A DNA stretch of 64,000 bases from Eledone cirrhosa (lineage: Eukaryota). The notes under the pieces were generated by a model. That model saw nothing but the letters and a program-made list of their open reading frames with translations. It searched no databases and was not told the DNA's origin. The DNA lies in NCBI GenBank assembly GCA_964016885.1, contig OZ024742.1, positions 240,188,001 to 240,252,000 of the forward strand. Direction: 5' to 3'. A program made the translations under genes and the position numbers. Positions 53,102-64,000 of the stretch are shown piece after piece (positions within the stretch are counted from its first letter, which is position 1; each line of letters begins with the position of its first letter).

Positions 53102-55064
53102 TCTTCGGAAATAGTTGCTGAGATGCTGAAGGCATCTGGCACGGTGGGACACACCATGGTCACCCGCATAGTTAACCAAGTCGTACAGAATGGGGTTGTT
53201 CCGAAGGACTGGCATAGCAGCATCATCGTTAACTGTTATAAGGGTAAAGGAGACGCCCTAGATAGGAGTAACTATAGAGGCATTAAATTAATCGACCAGG
53301 TCATGAAGGTCACGGAAAAAGTAATAGCGCAACTAATCAGAGAGAGAATTGATCTAGATGAAATGCAGTTCGGGTTTGTGTCAGGCAAAAGCACCACAGA
53401 CGCTCTTTTCATAGTACGACAACTACAGGAGAAGTACCTAGCTAAAGGTAAACCCCTCTACTTAGCTTTTGTCGACCTGGAGAAAGCCTTCGACAGAGTC
53501 CCCCGCTCCATTATCTGGTGGGCTCTTAGAAAACTAGGCGTTGACGAATGGCTTGTGAGGGCTATACAAGCCATGTATAAAGAAACAGTCAGCAAGGTTA
53601 GAATTAACAACGAATATAGTGAAGAGTTTAGCGTAAAAGTTGGCGTCCATCAGGGCTCTGTTCTCAGCCCCCTACTATTTATTATTGCCCTTCAGGCTAT
53701 AACAGGAGTTCAAGACAGGCTGCCCATGGGAACTCCTATACGCAGACGACCTGACACTCATAGCGGAATCAATGGCCGAGCTAGAGAAGAAATTCCAAAC
53801 ATGGAAGCACGGCCTAGAGTCAAAAGGACTTAAAATTAACCTGGCTAAGACCAAAGTTCTAGTTTGTAGGAAAGAAAACAAGGCGGCGGTCCCTTCTGGG
53901 AAATGGTCGTGCTCGGTATGTAGGAAAGGCGTAGGTAGAAACTCCATCTTATGTCCTAAATGCAAAGTATGGGTGCATAAAAGATGTAGTGGGATCACAG
54001 GTAAGCTAACTAAGAACATAGACTTTACATGTGGCCGGTGTTCTGGTGCAATAAGTAGCAGCAAGTGCCCACAAAATACTAGCTCTTTCAATTGCGCAGA
54101 GGGTTCTATAGAAATAGTGGACAGCTTCCGTTACCTGGGCGATAAAATCAGCAGTGGGGGAGGGTGCTCTGAAAGTACTGTAGCTAGAGTCAGAACTGGT
54201 TGGAAAAAGTTCAGAGAGCTTATACCACTATTAGCTGCTAAAGGGTTCTCCCTAAAAATGAAAGGCAGGTTGTACGATGCCTGCATACGAACAGCAATGT
54301 TGCATGGTAGTGAGACCTGGGCATTGTGTGCAGAGGATATACGCAGACTAGAGAGGAACGAAGCTTGCATGCTCCGCTGGATGTGTAACAGTAATATACG
54401 TGAACGGCAAAGCATAAACGAACTAAGGAAAAAATTAGAAATAAGAGGGATCAGATGTTGTTTACTCGAGAGAAGGCTGCGTTGGTATGGACACGTGATG
54501 CGCATGAAAGTCGATAGCTGTATTACAAAGTGCAGGGCAATAAAGATAGACGGTAGCCACGGAATAGGCAGACCTAGAAAAACATGGGATGAGCTGATAA
54601 ACTCCGACCTCACACACTTACACCTCTCCAAGACAATGTCACTGGACCGTGACCTTTGGCGGTACTCAGTAACAGAGAAGACCCGCCTTGCCAGTAGGCA
54701 TCTCTAACAAAATACACCCCGTCCCGCCACCACCCCCACCCCATCCACACCACCCCGTTCTATGTAAAGTTATGTTGGTGCCGCGCCATCCAGGCCGAAA
54801 CAAATGAGATCGTGTAGGTGTCACGACAAAAAAACACACAGTCCACGCTGTAATGTGGCCGTGAAGGCAACACGGTAAAAACCTCCCAGACCCACACTGT
54901 AAATGTGGTTGGTGTTAGGAAGGGCATCCACCTGTAGAAAACCTGCCAGACAGTCCTATGCGAGCAAGACAATCACTCTTGCCTCAAGTGGGACTACCCC
55001 CGTCCAAACCCATGCAAGCGTGGAACACGGACGTTAAACGTTGATGATGATGATGATGATGATG
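53102..55064 (+). mobile_element. 5'-truncated RTE LINE (subfamily A) with a frameshift near 53705
   Basis: ORFs 53123-53833 and 53772-54707. ATAACAGGAG here versus ATAACAGAGGAG in the sister copy (2-bp deletion). A small deletion also removes the normal stop. (TA)n flanks. Confidence 0.95.
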
Positions 55065-55073
55065 ATATATATA

Positions 55074-55135
<62 letters not shown>

Positions 55136-55145
55136 TATATATATA

Positions 55146-55195
<50 letters not shown>

Positions 55196-55237
55196 TATAT
55201 ATATAAATATATATATATAAATATATAAATATATATA

Positions 55238-58200
55238 TCATCATCATCATCATCATCACCGTTTTACGTCCGTTCTTCCACGCTAGCATGGGTTAGACGG
55301 GTTGTCCTGTTGTGGGCAGTGTCTGGTCGGCTGACCATGCCTTGCTCATACAGGAACTGATCTGGCTTGATTTCTACAGCTGGATGCCCTTCCTAACACC
55401 AACCTCATTTACAGTGAGTGCTGGGTGCTTTTTCGTGGCGCCTACACGTCCACTTTACAGTGTGGGCTGGGTGCTTTTTTGCCGTGGCACCTCCACGACC
55501 ACCTTGCGGTGGGGGGGGGGGGGCATATTGTTTATATGCTTCAGCATGTACCCATGGGAGGTCGGGTACCCTGTATTACTGCGTGACGCCAGAAGTCACG
55601 GTCGTGTGTCATTGACTTTGAGAGGTGTAGTTGGGTAAGGTCGGCTTTTATCACCTCATCCCAAGTCATCTTGGGTCTCCCCACTCCGCGGTTTCCATCA
55701 ACTTCTAGTGCTCTGCACCTTTTTATGCAGCTGTCATCCTTCATACGCATCACATGTCCATACCAGCGTAACCGCCTCTCCTGCACGCAGCATTTGATTC
55801 CTCTTATGCTCAGTCTCTCTCTCAATTCATTTATGCTTTGTCGTTCACGTATATTACTGTTACACATCCATCGGAGCATGCAGGCTTCGTTTCTCTCTAA
55901 TCTACGTAAGTCTTCCACCTTCAGCGCCCAGGTCTCACTACCATGCAACATCGCTGTTCGGATACACGCATCATACAGTCTGCCTTTTATTCTGAGGGAG
56001 AAGCCTTTTGCAGCTAGCAGTGGTAGTAGTTCCCTAAACTTCTTCCATCCCGTTCTTACCCTAGTTATTGTACTTTCTGAGCACCCACCTCCGTTGCTAA
56101 TTCGGTCACCTAGGTAGCAGAAGCTGTCTACTGTTTCTACAGGGCCCTCCCAGAGATTGGTGGTACTTGTTTCCTGTGGCTGTTTGCTTGCTGTTTCAGC
56201 ACAGCTGCTGCATGTGAATCCTACATTCTTAATTAAGCTTCCTGAGATCCCGCTACATCTCTTGTGTACCCATTGTTTGCATTTGGGGCAAAGAATGGAG
56301 TTCCTACCTACACCTTTCCTACATACTGAGCAAGGCCATTTCCCTGAGGGGATCTGGGTTCTGTTTTCTCGTCTACTTATAAGGACCTTAGTCTTTGTCA
56401 TGTTGACTTTGAGGCCCTTTCTCTCTAGTCCCTGCTTCCAGGTTTGGAATTTATTCTCTAGTTCTACCATAGATTCAGCTATGAGTGCGAGGTCATCAGC
56501 ATACAGGAGTTCCCATGGGCATCCGGTCTTAAACTCCTCCGTTATTGCCTGCAGGACTATGATGAACAGGAGAGGGCTAAGAACAGAGCCCTGGTGGACC
56601 CCAACCTGTACGCTAAATTCCTCGCTATACTCATTGCCAATCCTAACTTTGCTGACTGCTCCCCTATACATGGCTTGTACCGCTTTCACAAGCCATTCAT
56701 CTACTCCTAGTTTTCTAAGAGCCCACCAGATTACTGCACGTGGAACTCTGTCAAAGGCTTTCTCAAGGTCGACAAATGCCAAGTAGAGTGGCTTACTTTT
56801 AGCTAGGTACTTTTCCTGTAATTGCCTCACAAGGAAGAGCGCATCAGTGGTGCCTTTCCCTGGAACAAACCCAAATTGCATCTCGTCTATATTCACCCGG
56901 TCCCTAATCAGCTGTGCTATAACTCTTTCTGTTACTTTCATGACCTGGTCCATCAACTTTATACCTCTATAGTTTCCTCTATCTAGTGCATCGCCTTTAC
57001 CTTTGTAGCAGTTGACAATGATGCTACTGCACCAATCTTTTGGTATGGCCCCCTCTAGTATTACCTGGTTAACGATACGTGTGGTTATAGTGTGACCTAC
57101 AGACCCAGATGCCTTCAGCATCTCGGCAGCTATACCCGATGGACCGGTTGCCTTCCCTATCTTCATATCTCTGATTGCCTTACTTACTACGCTGCCGCTG
57201 ACTTGTACTGCTGGTCCCTCTATAGGGTCTACGTGGGGTAGGGTCTCTTCTTCCCATGCATTCTCCTCATTTAGTAATCTATCATAATGACTCTTCCATG
57301 CATCTTTCTTCTCAGCACTTGTGAGGGCAAGCTCACCTTTATCATTCCGGATACACTTCTCTCCAATGACATCACAACTATCTCTGACACACTGCCTCGC
57401 AATCTTGAATACCTCCTGTTTCTGGTCCTCACGTTGTAAAACATGCTTGAATTTTCTATCCTCTGCTTCCCTCCTAGCTAAGTATACTTGTCGCCTAGCT
57501 TCCCTCTTGGTCTCTATGTAATGTACCCTGCTCCCCCCGTTCTTCCATTCTTTCCATGCCTGTCTCTTGGCCTTGACTGCTTCATCTACCTTATTGTTCC
57601 ACCACCAAGTCACTCTCCTCCTGCTTGAGGTCTTACTCCAGCCACAAACCTCATCCGTCGCCTCTAGTAAGTTATTTTTTAGGAACTCCCAGTTCTCTTC
57701 TACGTTAAATGTCTCTATCTGTTCTTCTTTACTGTCGTAGGCGTTGAGTAAAATATCTTTAAATCTGTTACTGGTTGAGGGGACTTTCAGCTTCCAGATC
57801 TTTCTTCTCCAGGTTGGCCTCTGTTTCAGGGCTCGTCTAGTTCTGACCGTGAGGTCGCTGACAACTAAGCTATGTTGGGATGTACATTCCTCACTAGGGA
57901 AGGCTTTTGTGTTTACGACCGTCCATCTGTCACGTCCTCTGATGAGGATAAAATCTAACTGACTAGAGTGCTCCCCTGATCTATAGGTGATCAGGTGGTT
58001 GTCGGGTTTTTTAAAGTTTGTGTTACATATCGACATGTCATTGGCGTCGCAGAATTCTAGAAGTCTGAATCCTTCCTCATTCCTTGTGCCAACTCCATGG
58101 CCTCCATGTACTCTATTGAAGCCGTCGCAGTGTTTACCTACGTGTCCGTTAAAATCTCCTGCAATGATTAGGAAGTCCTTGTCGTCTGTTAGAGCAGTAG

Positions 58201-58901
58201 TGTGTATTAGGGACTCGTAAAACCTATCCTTAAGTTCGTCTGGCAGCCCCGATTGGGGTGCGTAAGCTGATATTATTGTGGTAATTGTCTTATTCAGGAC
58301 TAGTCTGAGTTTAATGATTCTTGCATTTACCCTGTACACTGAGATTACTTTATCTACCCACTTGTCAGCTAATAGTATACCTACACCACCCATCCCATCG
58401 TCATTTCCCACCCAGAAAAATTTGTAGCACTGGCTTTTTCCTACAAGGACTCTAGCAGACCCTCCTCTCCATCTAGTCTCTTGCACACAGCATACATCAA
58501 CTTCCTTTCGCTCTAGCATTTCTACGATTTCTCCTGCTCTTCCTTTCATTGAGCCTACATTGATGGTACCAACTCGGAGTTTTGGGCATTTGTCGACACT
58601 CGTAGGGGAGGGTCTCTGGGTTGGCGCTTCACGTGGGTGCTTGGTAGCTCGCAGATTCATATTTCATCTATTGATTCAGAGTTGCTCGTGTATTCCCAGC
58701 TCATCCATCCCTAACGGTGGGAAAATTGAGGGCTAGAAGGACAGTGGTGGTGGGGTAATGGCAGGGTGTGTTGGGATGCGCCAGAGGAGGAGAGAGTTAG
58801 TTAGGCAGGTAGTAGCAGCAGCAGTGGAAATGGCATGCTAGGTTTGATTGGTCGAATAGACTATGGTGGTGTGTGGGGGTGGGGGGGGAGGGAAATTGTG
58901 A
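55238..58901 (-). mobile_element. Apparently full-length RTE LINE (subfamily B): unique 5' UTR, ORF, 3' UTR and (GAT)n tail
   Basis: The 3' UTR ends AACCCATGCTAGCGTGGAAGAACGGACGTAAAACGG(TGA)n and runs into (TA)n. About 240 bp of unique sequence lies 5' of the ATG before the tandem array begins. Confidence 0.9.
55541..58660 (-). CDS. Intact RTE-clade LINE ORF: APE endonuclease + reverse transcriptase + inserted PHD-type C4HC3 finger (1039 aa)
   Basis: APE motifs GTINVGS, CVQETRW, SAYAPQ, GDFNGH, SQLDFIL, SQH. RT motifs NYRGIKL, FVDLEKAFD, GVHQGSVLSPLLF, LLYADDL, FCYLG. RTE C-terminus RRLRWYGHVMR...GRP. No stops or frameshifts. Confidence 0.96.
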   Translation of the reverse strand: MNLRATKHPREAPTQRPSPTSVDKCPKLRVGTINVGSMKGRAGEIVEMLERKEVDVCCVQETRWRGGSARVLVGKSQCYKFFWVGNDDGMGGVGILLADKWVDKVISVYRVNARIIKLRLVLNKTITTIISAYAPQSGLPDELKDRFYESLIHTTALTDDKDFLIIAGDFNGHVGKHCDGFNRVHGGHGVGTRNEEGFRLLEFCDANDMSICNTNFKKPDNHLITYRSGEHSSQLDFILIRGRDRWTVVNTKAFPSEECTSQHSLVVSDLTVRTRRALKQRPTWRRKIWKLKVPSTSNRFKDILLNAYDSKEEQIETFNVEENWEFLKNNLLEATDEVCGWSKTSSRRRVTWWWNNKVDEAVKAKRQAWKEWKNGGSRVHYIETKREARRQVYLARREAEDRKFKHVLQREDQKQEVFKIARQCVRDSCDVIGEKCIRNDKGELALTSAEKKDAWKSHYDRLLNEENAWEEETLPHVDPIEGPAVQVSGSVVSKAIRDMKIGKATGPSGIAAEMLKASGSVGHTITTRIVNQVILEGAIPKDWCSSIIVNCYKGKGDALDRGNYRGIKLMDQVMKVTERVIAQLIRDRVNIDEMQFGFVPGKGTTDALFLVRQLQEKYLAKSKPLYLAFVDLEKAFDRVPRAVIWWALRKLGVDEWLVKAVQAMYRGAVSKVRIGNEYSEEFSVQVGVHQGSVLSPLLFIIVLQAITEEFKTGCPWELLYADDLALIAESMVELENKFQTWKQGLERKGLKVNMTKTKVLISRRENRTQIPSGKWPCSVCRKGVGRNSILCPKCKQWVHKRCSGISGSLIKNVGFTCSSCAETASKQPQETSTTNLWEGPVETVDSFCYLGDRISNGGGCSESTITRVRTGWKKFRELLPLLAAKGFSLRIKGRLYDACIRTAMLHGSETWALKVEDLRRLERNEACMLRWMCNSNIRERQSINELRERLSIRGIKCCVQERRLRWYGHVMRMKDDSCIKRCRALEVDGNRGVGRPKMTWDEVIKADLTQLHLSKSMTHDRDFWRHAVIQGTRPPMGTC

Positions 58902-61900
58902 GGTAGGAACTGAGGGTCGCATGGTAAATATCCAAGTTAATACTACATCAGTAAAATTAACAATAATAATGTCATGAAAAAACTACTAAGAGAAACCCTC
59001 GAAAATTTATCGCTAATACAGCAGGGAACATCATAATATTAACGACATGAAAAAGCTACTAAGAGAAACCCTCGAAAATTTATCGCTAATACAGCAGGGA
59101 AAATTTAACGCTAATACAGCAGGGAACATCATAATATTAACGACAATATGTAGGCTAAAATACCTTCGTAGATTAGGTGGATGGCTGGCTGGGAAAATTT
59201 GAATCAGCTCTAGTGGTACATTTTAGCAGAGAAGAATGGCAAAGTGTCTTATCTCTTCAATATTTCAGATTGAATGAATTAGGTTAAAGACAGGGTAGTA
59301 AGCCTTAAAGAAGTGCATAGAGGGGGGGGGGGTAGGAACTGAGGGTCGCATGGTAAATAACTGAGAGAGATACAATAGGATTAGAATACCGCATGGTAAA
59401 TATCCAAGTTAATAAGTTAATACTACATCAGTAAAATTAACAATAATAACGTCATGAAAAAAGCTACTAAGAGAAACCCTCGAAAATTTATCGCTAATAC
59501 AGCAGGGAAAATTTAACGCTAATACAGCAGGGAACATCATAATATTAACGACATGAAAAAGCTACTAAGAGAAACCCTCGAAAATTTATCGCTAATACAG
59601 CAGGGAAAATTTAACGCTAATACAGCAGGGAACATCATAATATTAACGACATGAAAGGCTACTAAGAGAAACCCTCGAAAATTTATCGCTAATACAGCAG
59701 GGAAAAATTTAACGCTAATACAGCAGGGAACATCATAATATTAACGACAATATGTAGGCTAAAATACCTTCGTAGATTTGGTGGATGGCTGGCTGGGGAA
59801 AATTTGAATCAGCTCTAGTGGTACATTTTAGCAGAGAAGAATGGCAAAGTGTCTTATCTCTTCAATATTTCAGATTGAATGAATTAGGTTAAAGACAGGG
59901 TAGTAAGCCTTAAAGAAGTTGCATAGAGGGGGGGGGGGGTAGGAACTGAGGGTCGCATGGTAAATAACTGTGGAGAGATACAATAGGATTAGAATACCGC
60001 ATGGTAAATATCCAAGTTAATAAGTTAATACTACATCAGTAAAATTAACATAATAACGTCATGAAAAAAGCTACTAAGAGAAACCCTCGAAAATTTATCG
60101 CTAATACAGCAGGGAAAATTTAACGCTAATACAGCAGGGAACATCATAATATTAACGACATGAAAAAGCTACTAAGAGAAACCCTCGAAAATTTATCGCT
60201 AATACAGCAGGGAAAATTTAACGCTAATACAGCAGGGAACATCATAATATTAACGACATGAAAAAGCTACTAAGAGAAACCCTCGAAAATTTATCGCTAA
60301 TACAGCAGGGAAAATTTAACGCTAATACAGCCAGGGAACATCATAATATTAACGACAATATGTAGGCTAAAATACCTTCGTAGATTAGGTGGATGGCTGG
60401 CTGGGAAAATTTGAATCAGCTCTAGTGGTACATTTTAGCAGAGAAGAATGGCAAAGTGTCTTATCTCTTCAATATTTTCAGATTGAATGAATTAGGTTAA
60501 AGACAGGGTAGTAAGCCTTAAAGAAGTGCATAGAGGGGGGGGGGGGTAGGAACTGAGGGTCGCATGGTAAATAACTGAGAGAGATACAATAGGATTAGAA
60601 TACCGCATGGTAAATATCCAAGTTAATAAGTTAATACTACATCAGTAAAATTAACAATAATAACGTCATGAAAAAAGCTACTAAGAGAAACCCTCGAAAA
60701 TTTACGCTAATACAGCAGGGAAAATTTAACGCTAATACAGCAGGGAACATCATAATATTAACGACATGAAAAAGCTACTAAGAGAAACCCTCGAAAATTT
60801 ATCGCTAATACAGCAGGGAAAATTTAACGCTAATACAGCAGGGAACATCATAATATTAACGACATGAAAAAGCTACTAAGAGAAACCCTCGAAAATTTAT
60901 CGCTAATACAGCAGGGAAAATTTAACGCTAATACAGCAGGGAACATCATAATATTAACGACAATATGTAGGCTAAAATACCTTCGTAGATTAGGTGGATG
61001 GCTGGCTGGGAAAATTTTGAATCAGCTCTAGTGGTACATTTTAGCAGAGAAGAATGGCAAAGTGTCTTATCTCTTCAATATTTTCAGATTGAATGAATTA
61101 GGTTAAAGACAGGGTAGTAAGCCTTAAAGAAGTGCATAGAGGGGGGGGGGGGGGGGGTAGGAACTGAGGGTCGCATGGTAAATAACTGAGAGAGATACAA
61201 TAGGATTAGAATACCGCATGGTAAATATCCAAGTTAATAAGTTAATACTACATCAGTAAAATTAACAATAATAACGTCATGAAAAAAGCTACTAAGAGAA
61301 ACCCTCGAAAATTATCGCTAATACAGCAGGGAAAATTTAACGCTAATACAGCAGGGAACATCATAATATTAACGACATGAAAAAGCTACTATAGAGAACC
61401 CTCGAAAATTTATCGCTAATACAGCAGGGAAAATTTAACGCTAATACAGCAGGGAACATCAAATATTAACGACATGAAAAACTACTAAGAGAAACCCTCG
61501 AAAATTTATCGCTAATACAGCAGGGAAAATTTAACGCTAATACAGCAGGGAACATCATAATATTAACGACAATATGTAGGCTAAAATACCTTCGTAGATT
61601 AGGTGGATGGCTGGCTGGGAAAATTTGAATCAGCTCTAGTGGTACATTTTAGCAGAGAAGAATGGCAAAGTGTCTTATCTCTTCAATATTTTCAGATTGA
61701 ATGAATTAGGTTAAAGACAGGGTAGTAAGCCTTAAAGAAGTGCAGTAGAGGGGGGGGGGGGGGGGTAGGAACTGAGGGTCGCATGGTAAATAACTGAGAG
61801 AGATACAATAGGATTAGAATACCGCATGGTAAATATCCAAGTTAATAAGTTAATACTACATCAGTAAAATTAACAATATAACGTCATGAAAAAAGCTACT

Positions 61901-62217
61901 AAGAGAAAACCCTCGAAAATTTATCGCTAATACAGCAGGGAAAATTTAACGCTAATACAGCAGGGAACATCATAATATTAACGACATGAAAAAGCTACTA
62001 AGAGAAACCCTCGAAAATTTATCGCTAATACAGCAGGGAAAATTTAACGCTAATACAGCAGGGAACATCATAATATTTAACGACATGAAAAAGCTACTAA
62101 GAGAAACCCTCGAAAATTTATCGCTAATACAGCAGGGAAAATTTAACGCTAATACAGCAGGGAACATCATAATATTAACGACAATATGTAGGCTAAAATA
62201 CCTTCGTAGATTAGGTG
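58902..62217. repeat. Higher-order tandem array: ~608-bp units, each with three 99-bp subunits and a poly-G run
   Basis: Anchor GGTAGGAACTGAGGGTCGCATGG at 58902, 59331, 59938, 60545, 61156 and 61764. The 99-bp subunit ATGAAAAAGCTACTAAGAGAAACCCTCG... holds a doubled CGCTAATACAGCAGGGAA. The array is cut off by the N gap. Confidence 0.97.
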
Positions 62218-62417
62218 NNNNNNNNNNNNNNNNNNNNNNNNNNNNNNNNNNNNNNNNNNNNNNNNNNNNNNNNNNNNNNNNNNNNNNNNNNNNNNNNNNN
62301 NNNNNNNNNNNNNNNNNNNNNNNNNNNNNNNNNNNNNNNNNNNNNNNNNNNNNNNNNNNNNNNNNNNNNNNNNNNNNNNNNNNNNNNNNNNNNNNNNNNN
62401 NNNNNNNNNNNNNNNNN
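62218..62417. other. Assembly gap (200 N)
   Basis: Run of n. Confidence 1.
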
Positions 62418-62439
62418 CACCTCCTACATATAAATATAT

Positions 62440-62558
<119 letters not shown>

Positions 62559-62562
62559 TATA

Positions 62563-62613
<51 letters not shown>

Positions 62614-62661
62614 TATATATATATAATATATATATATATATATAAATATATATATATATAA

Positions 62662-62705
<44 letters not shown>

Positions 62706-62720
62706 TATATATAAATATAT

Positions 62721-62756
<36 letters not shown>

Positions 62757-62767
62757 TATATATATAA

Positions 62768-62823
<56 letters not shown>

Positions 62824-62828
62824 TATAA

Positions 62829-62918
<90 letters not shown>

Positions 62919-63058
62919 TATATATATAAATATATAATATATATATATAATATATATATAATATATATATAATATATATATATATATAATATAAAATATA
63001 TATATAATAAAATATATATAAATATATATATATATAAATATATACTATATATATATAT

Positions 63059-63149
<91 letters not shown>

Positions 63150-63150
63150 T

Positions 63151-63183
<33 letters not shown>

Positions 63184-63211
63184 ATAATATATTATATATA
63201 TATATATATAT

Positions 63212-63354
<143 letters not shown>

Positions 63355-63367
63355 AAAATATATATAT

Positions 63368-63398
<31 letters not shown>

Positions 63399-63418
63399 AA
63401 TATTATATATATATATAA

Positions 63419-63531
<113 letters not shown>

Positions 63532-63571
63532 AATATATTATATATATATATATAAATATATATATATATAG

Positions 63572-64000
63572 ATCAGATTAGCATGGGAGGAGGGTGTTCG
63601 AGGCCATAGTATCTAGAATAAGGACGGTTGGAAGAAGTTTAGGGAGCTGCTTCCTCTGTTGACGAAGAAGGGTTTCTCCCTGCGTATGAAAGGCCGGTTG
63701 TATGATGCCTGTGTGAGGAGCGCGATGCTGCATGGTAGTGAGACATGGGCAGCAACCGCAGAGGATATGCGACGGCTGGAGAGAAATGAGGCAAGCATGC
63801 TCCGTTGGATGTGCAGTGTAAAATGTGCGTGAACGACCCAGCATAAATGTGTTGAGAGAGAAACTGTGTCTGAGAGGGATAGAATGTAGTGTACGGGAGA
63901 GGAGACTGAGGTGGTATGGACATGTGATGCGCATGGAGGATGGGTGAAGAAGTGCCAGGAAATGCCAGTTGAGGGAAGACGTGGTAGAGGTAGACCACGA
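63572..64000 (+). mobile_element. RTE LINE fragment of a third, diverged subfamily (runs off the window end)
   Basis: GFSLRMKGRLYDACVRSAMLHGSETW...RRLRWYGHVMRM with frameshifts. The 5' end abuts (TA)n. Confidence 0.88.

Noticed and set aside
55671-58220. Antisense ORFs over RTE copies (e.g. 56157-56786, 48536-48937, 29510-30013)
   Set aside because: They are shadow frames of the RT ORF with no independent protein features.
58902-62217. Array as a CRISPR-like locus, a protein-coding repeat (ORF 61986-62453) or a ribozyme array
   Set aside because: Units are near-identical with no unique spacers or cas genes. The ORF arises from a single indel and runs into Ns. I found no CUGANGA/GAAA pair or convincing HDV-like fold by eye.

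Overview
AT-rich, repeat-dominated animal genomic DNA. The SINE/LINE repertoire and huge (TA)n tracts suggest an octopus-like cephalopod, but that is inference. Only one host gene is supported: an FGFR1OP2/SIKE-family coiled-coil gene with three coding exons on the minus strand (29118-24065, about 212 aa, all GT-AG phase-0 junctions). The rest is mobile DNA: a dense cluster of RTE-clade LINEs inserted in (TA)n microsatellites, degenerate maT-type Tc1/mariner elements, a decayed Helitron plus non-autonomous Helitrons, Rex3-like, CR1 and CRE-like (RLE) LINE fragments, a solo LTR, piggyBac-like MITEs and two tRNA-SINE families. The RTE cluster includes one intact 1039-aa ORF with a PHD-type C4HC3 finger inserted late in the RT. 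That element's 5' end runs into a hierarchical ~608-bp tandem array. Hand-reading both strands also found four near-canonical and several degenerate type-I hammerhead ribozymes of the Penelope-like kind with unrelated flanks, often next to near-perfect fold-back palindromes. There is a 200-N assembly gap at 62218-62417. All coordinates were read by eye and no database search was run.
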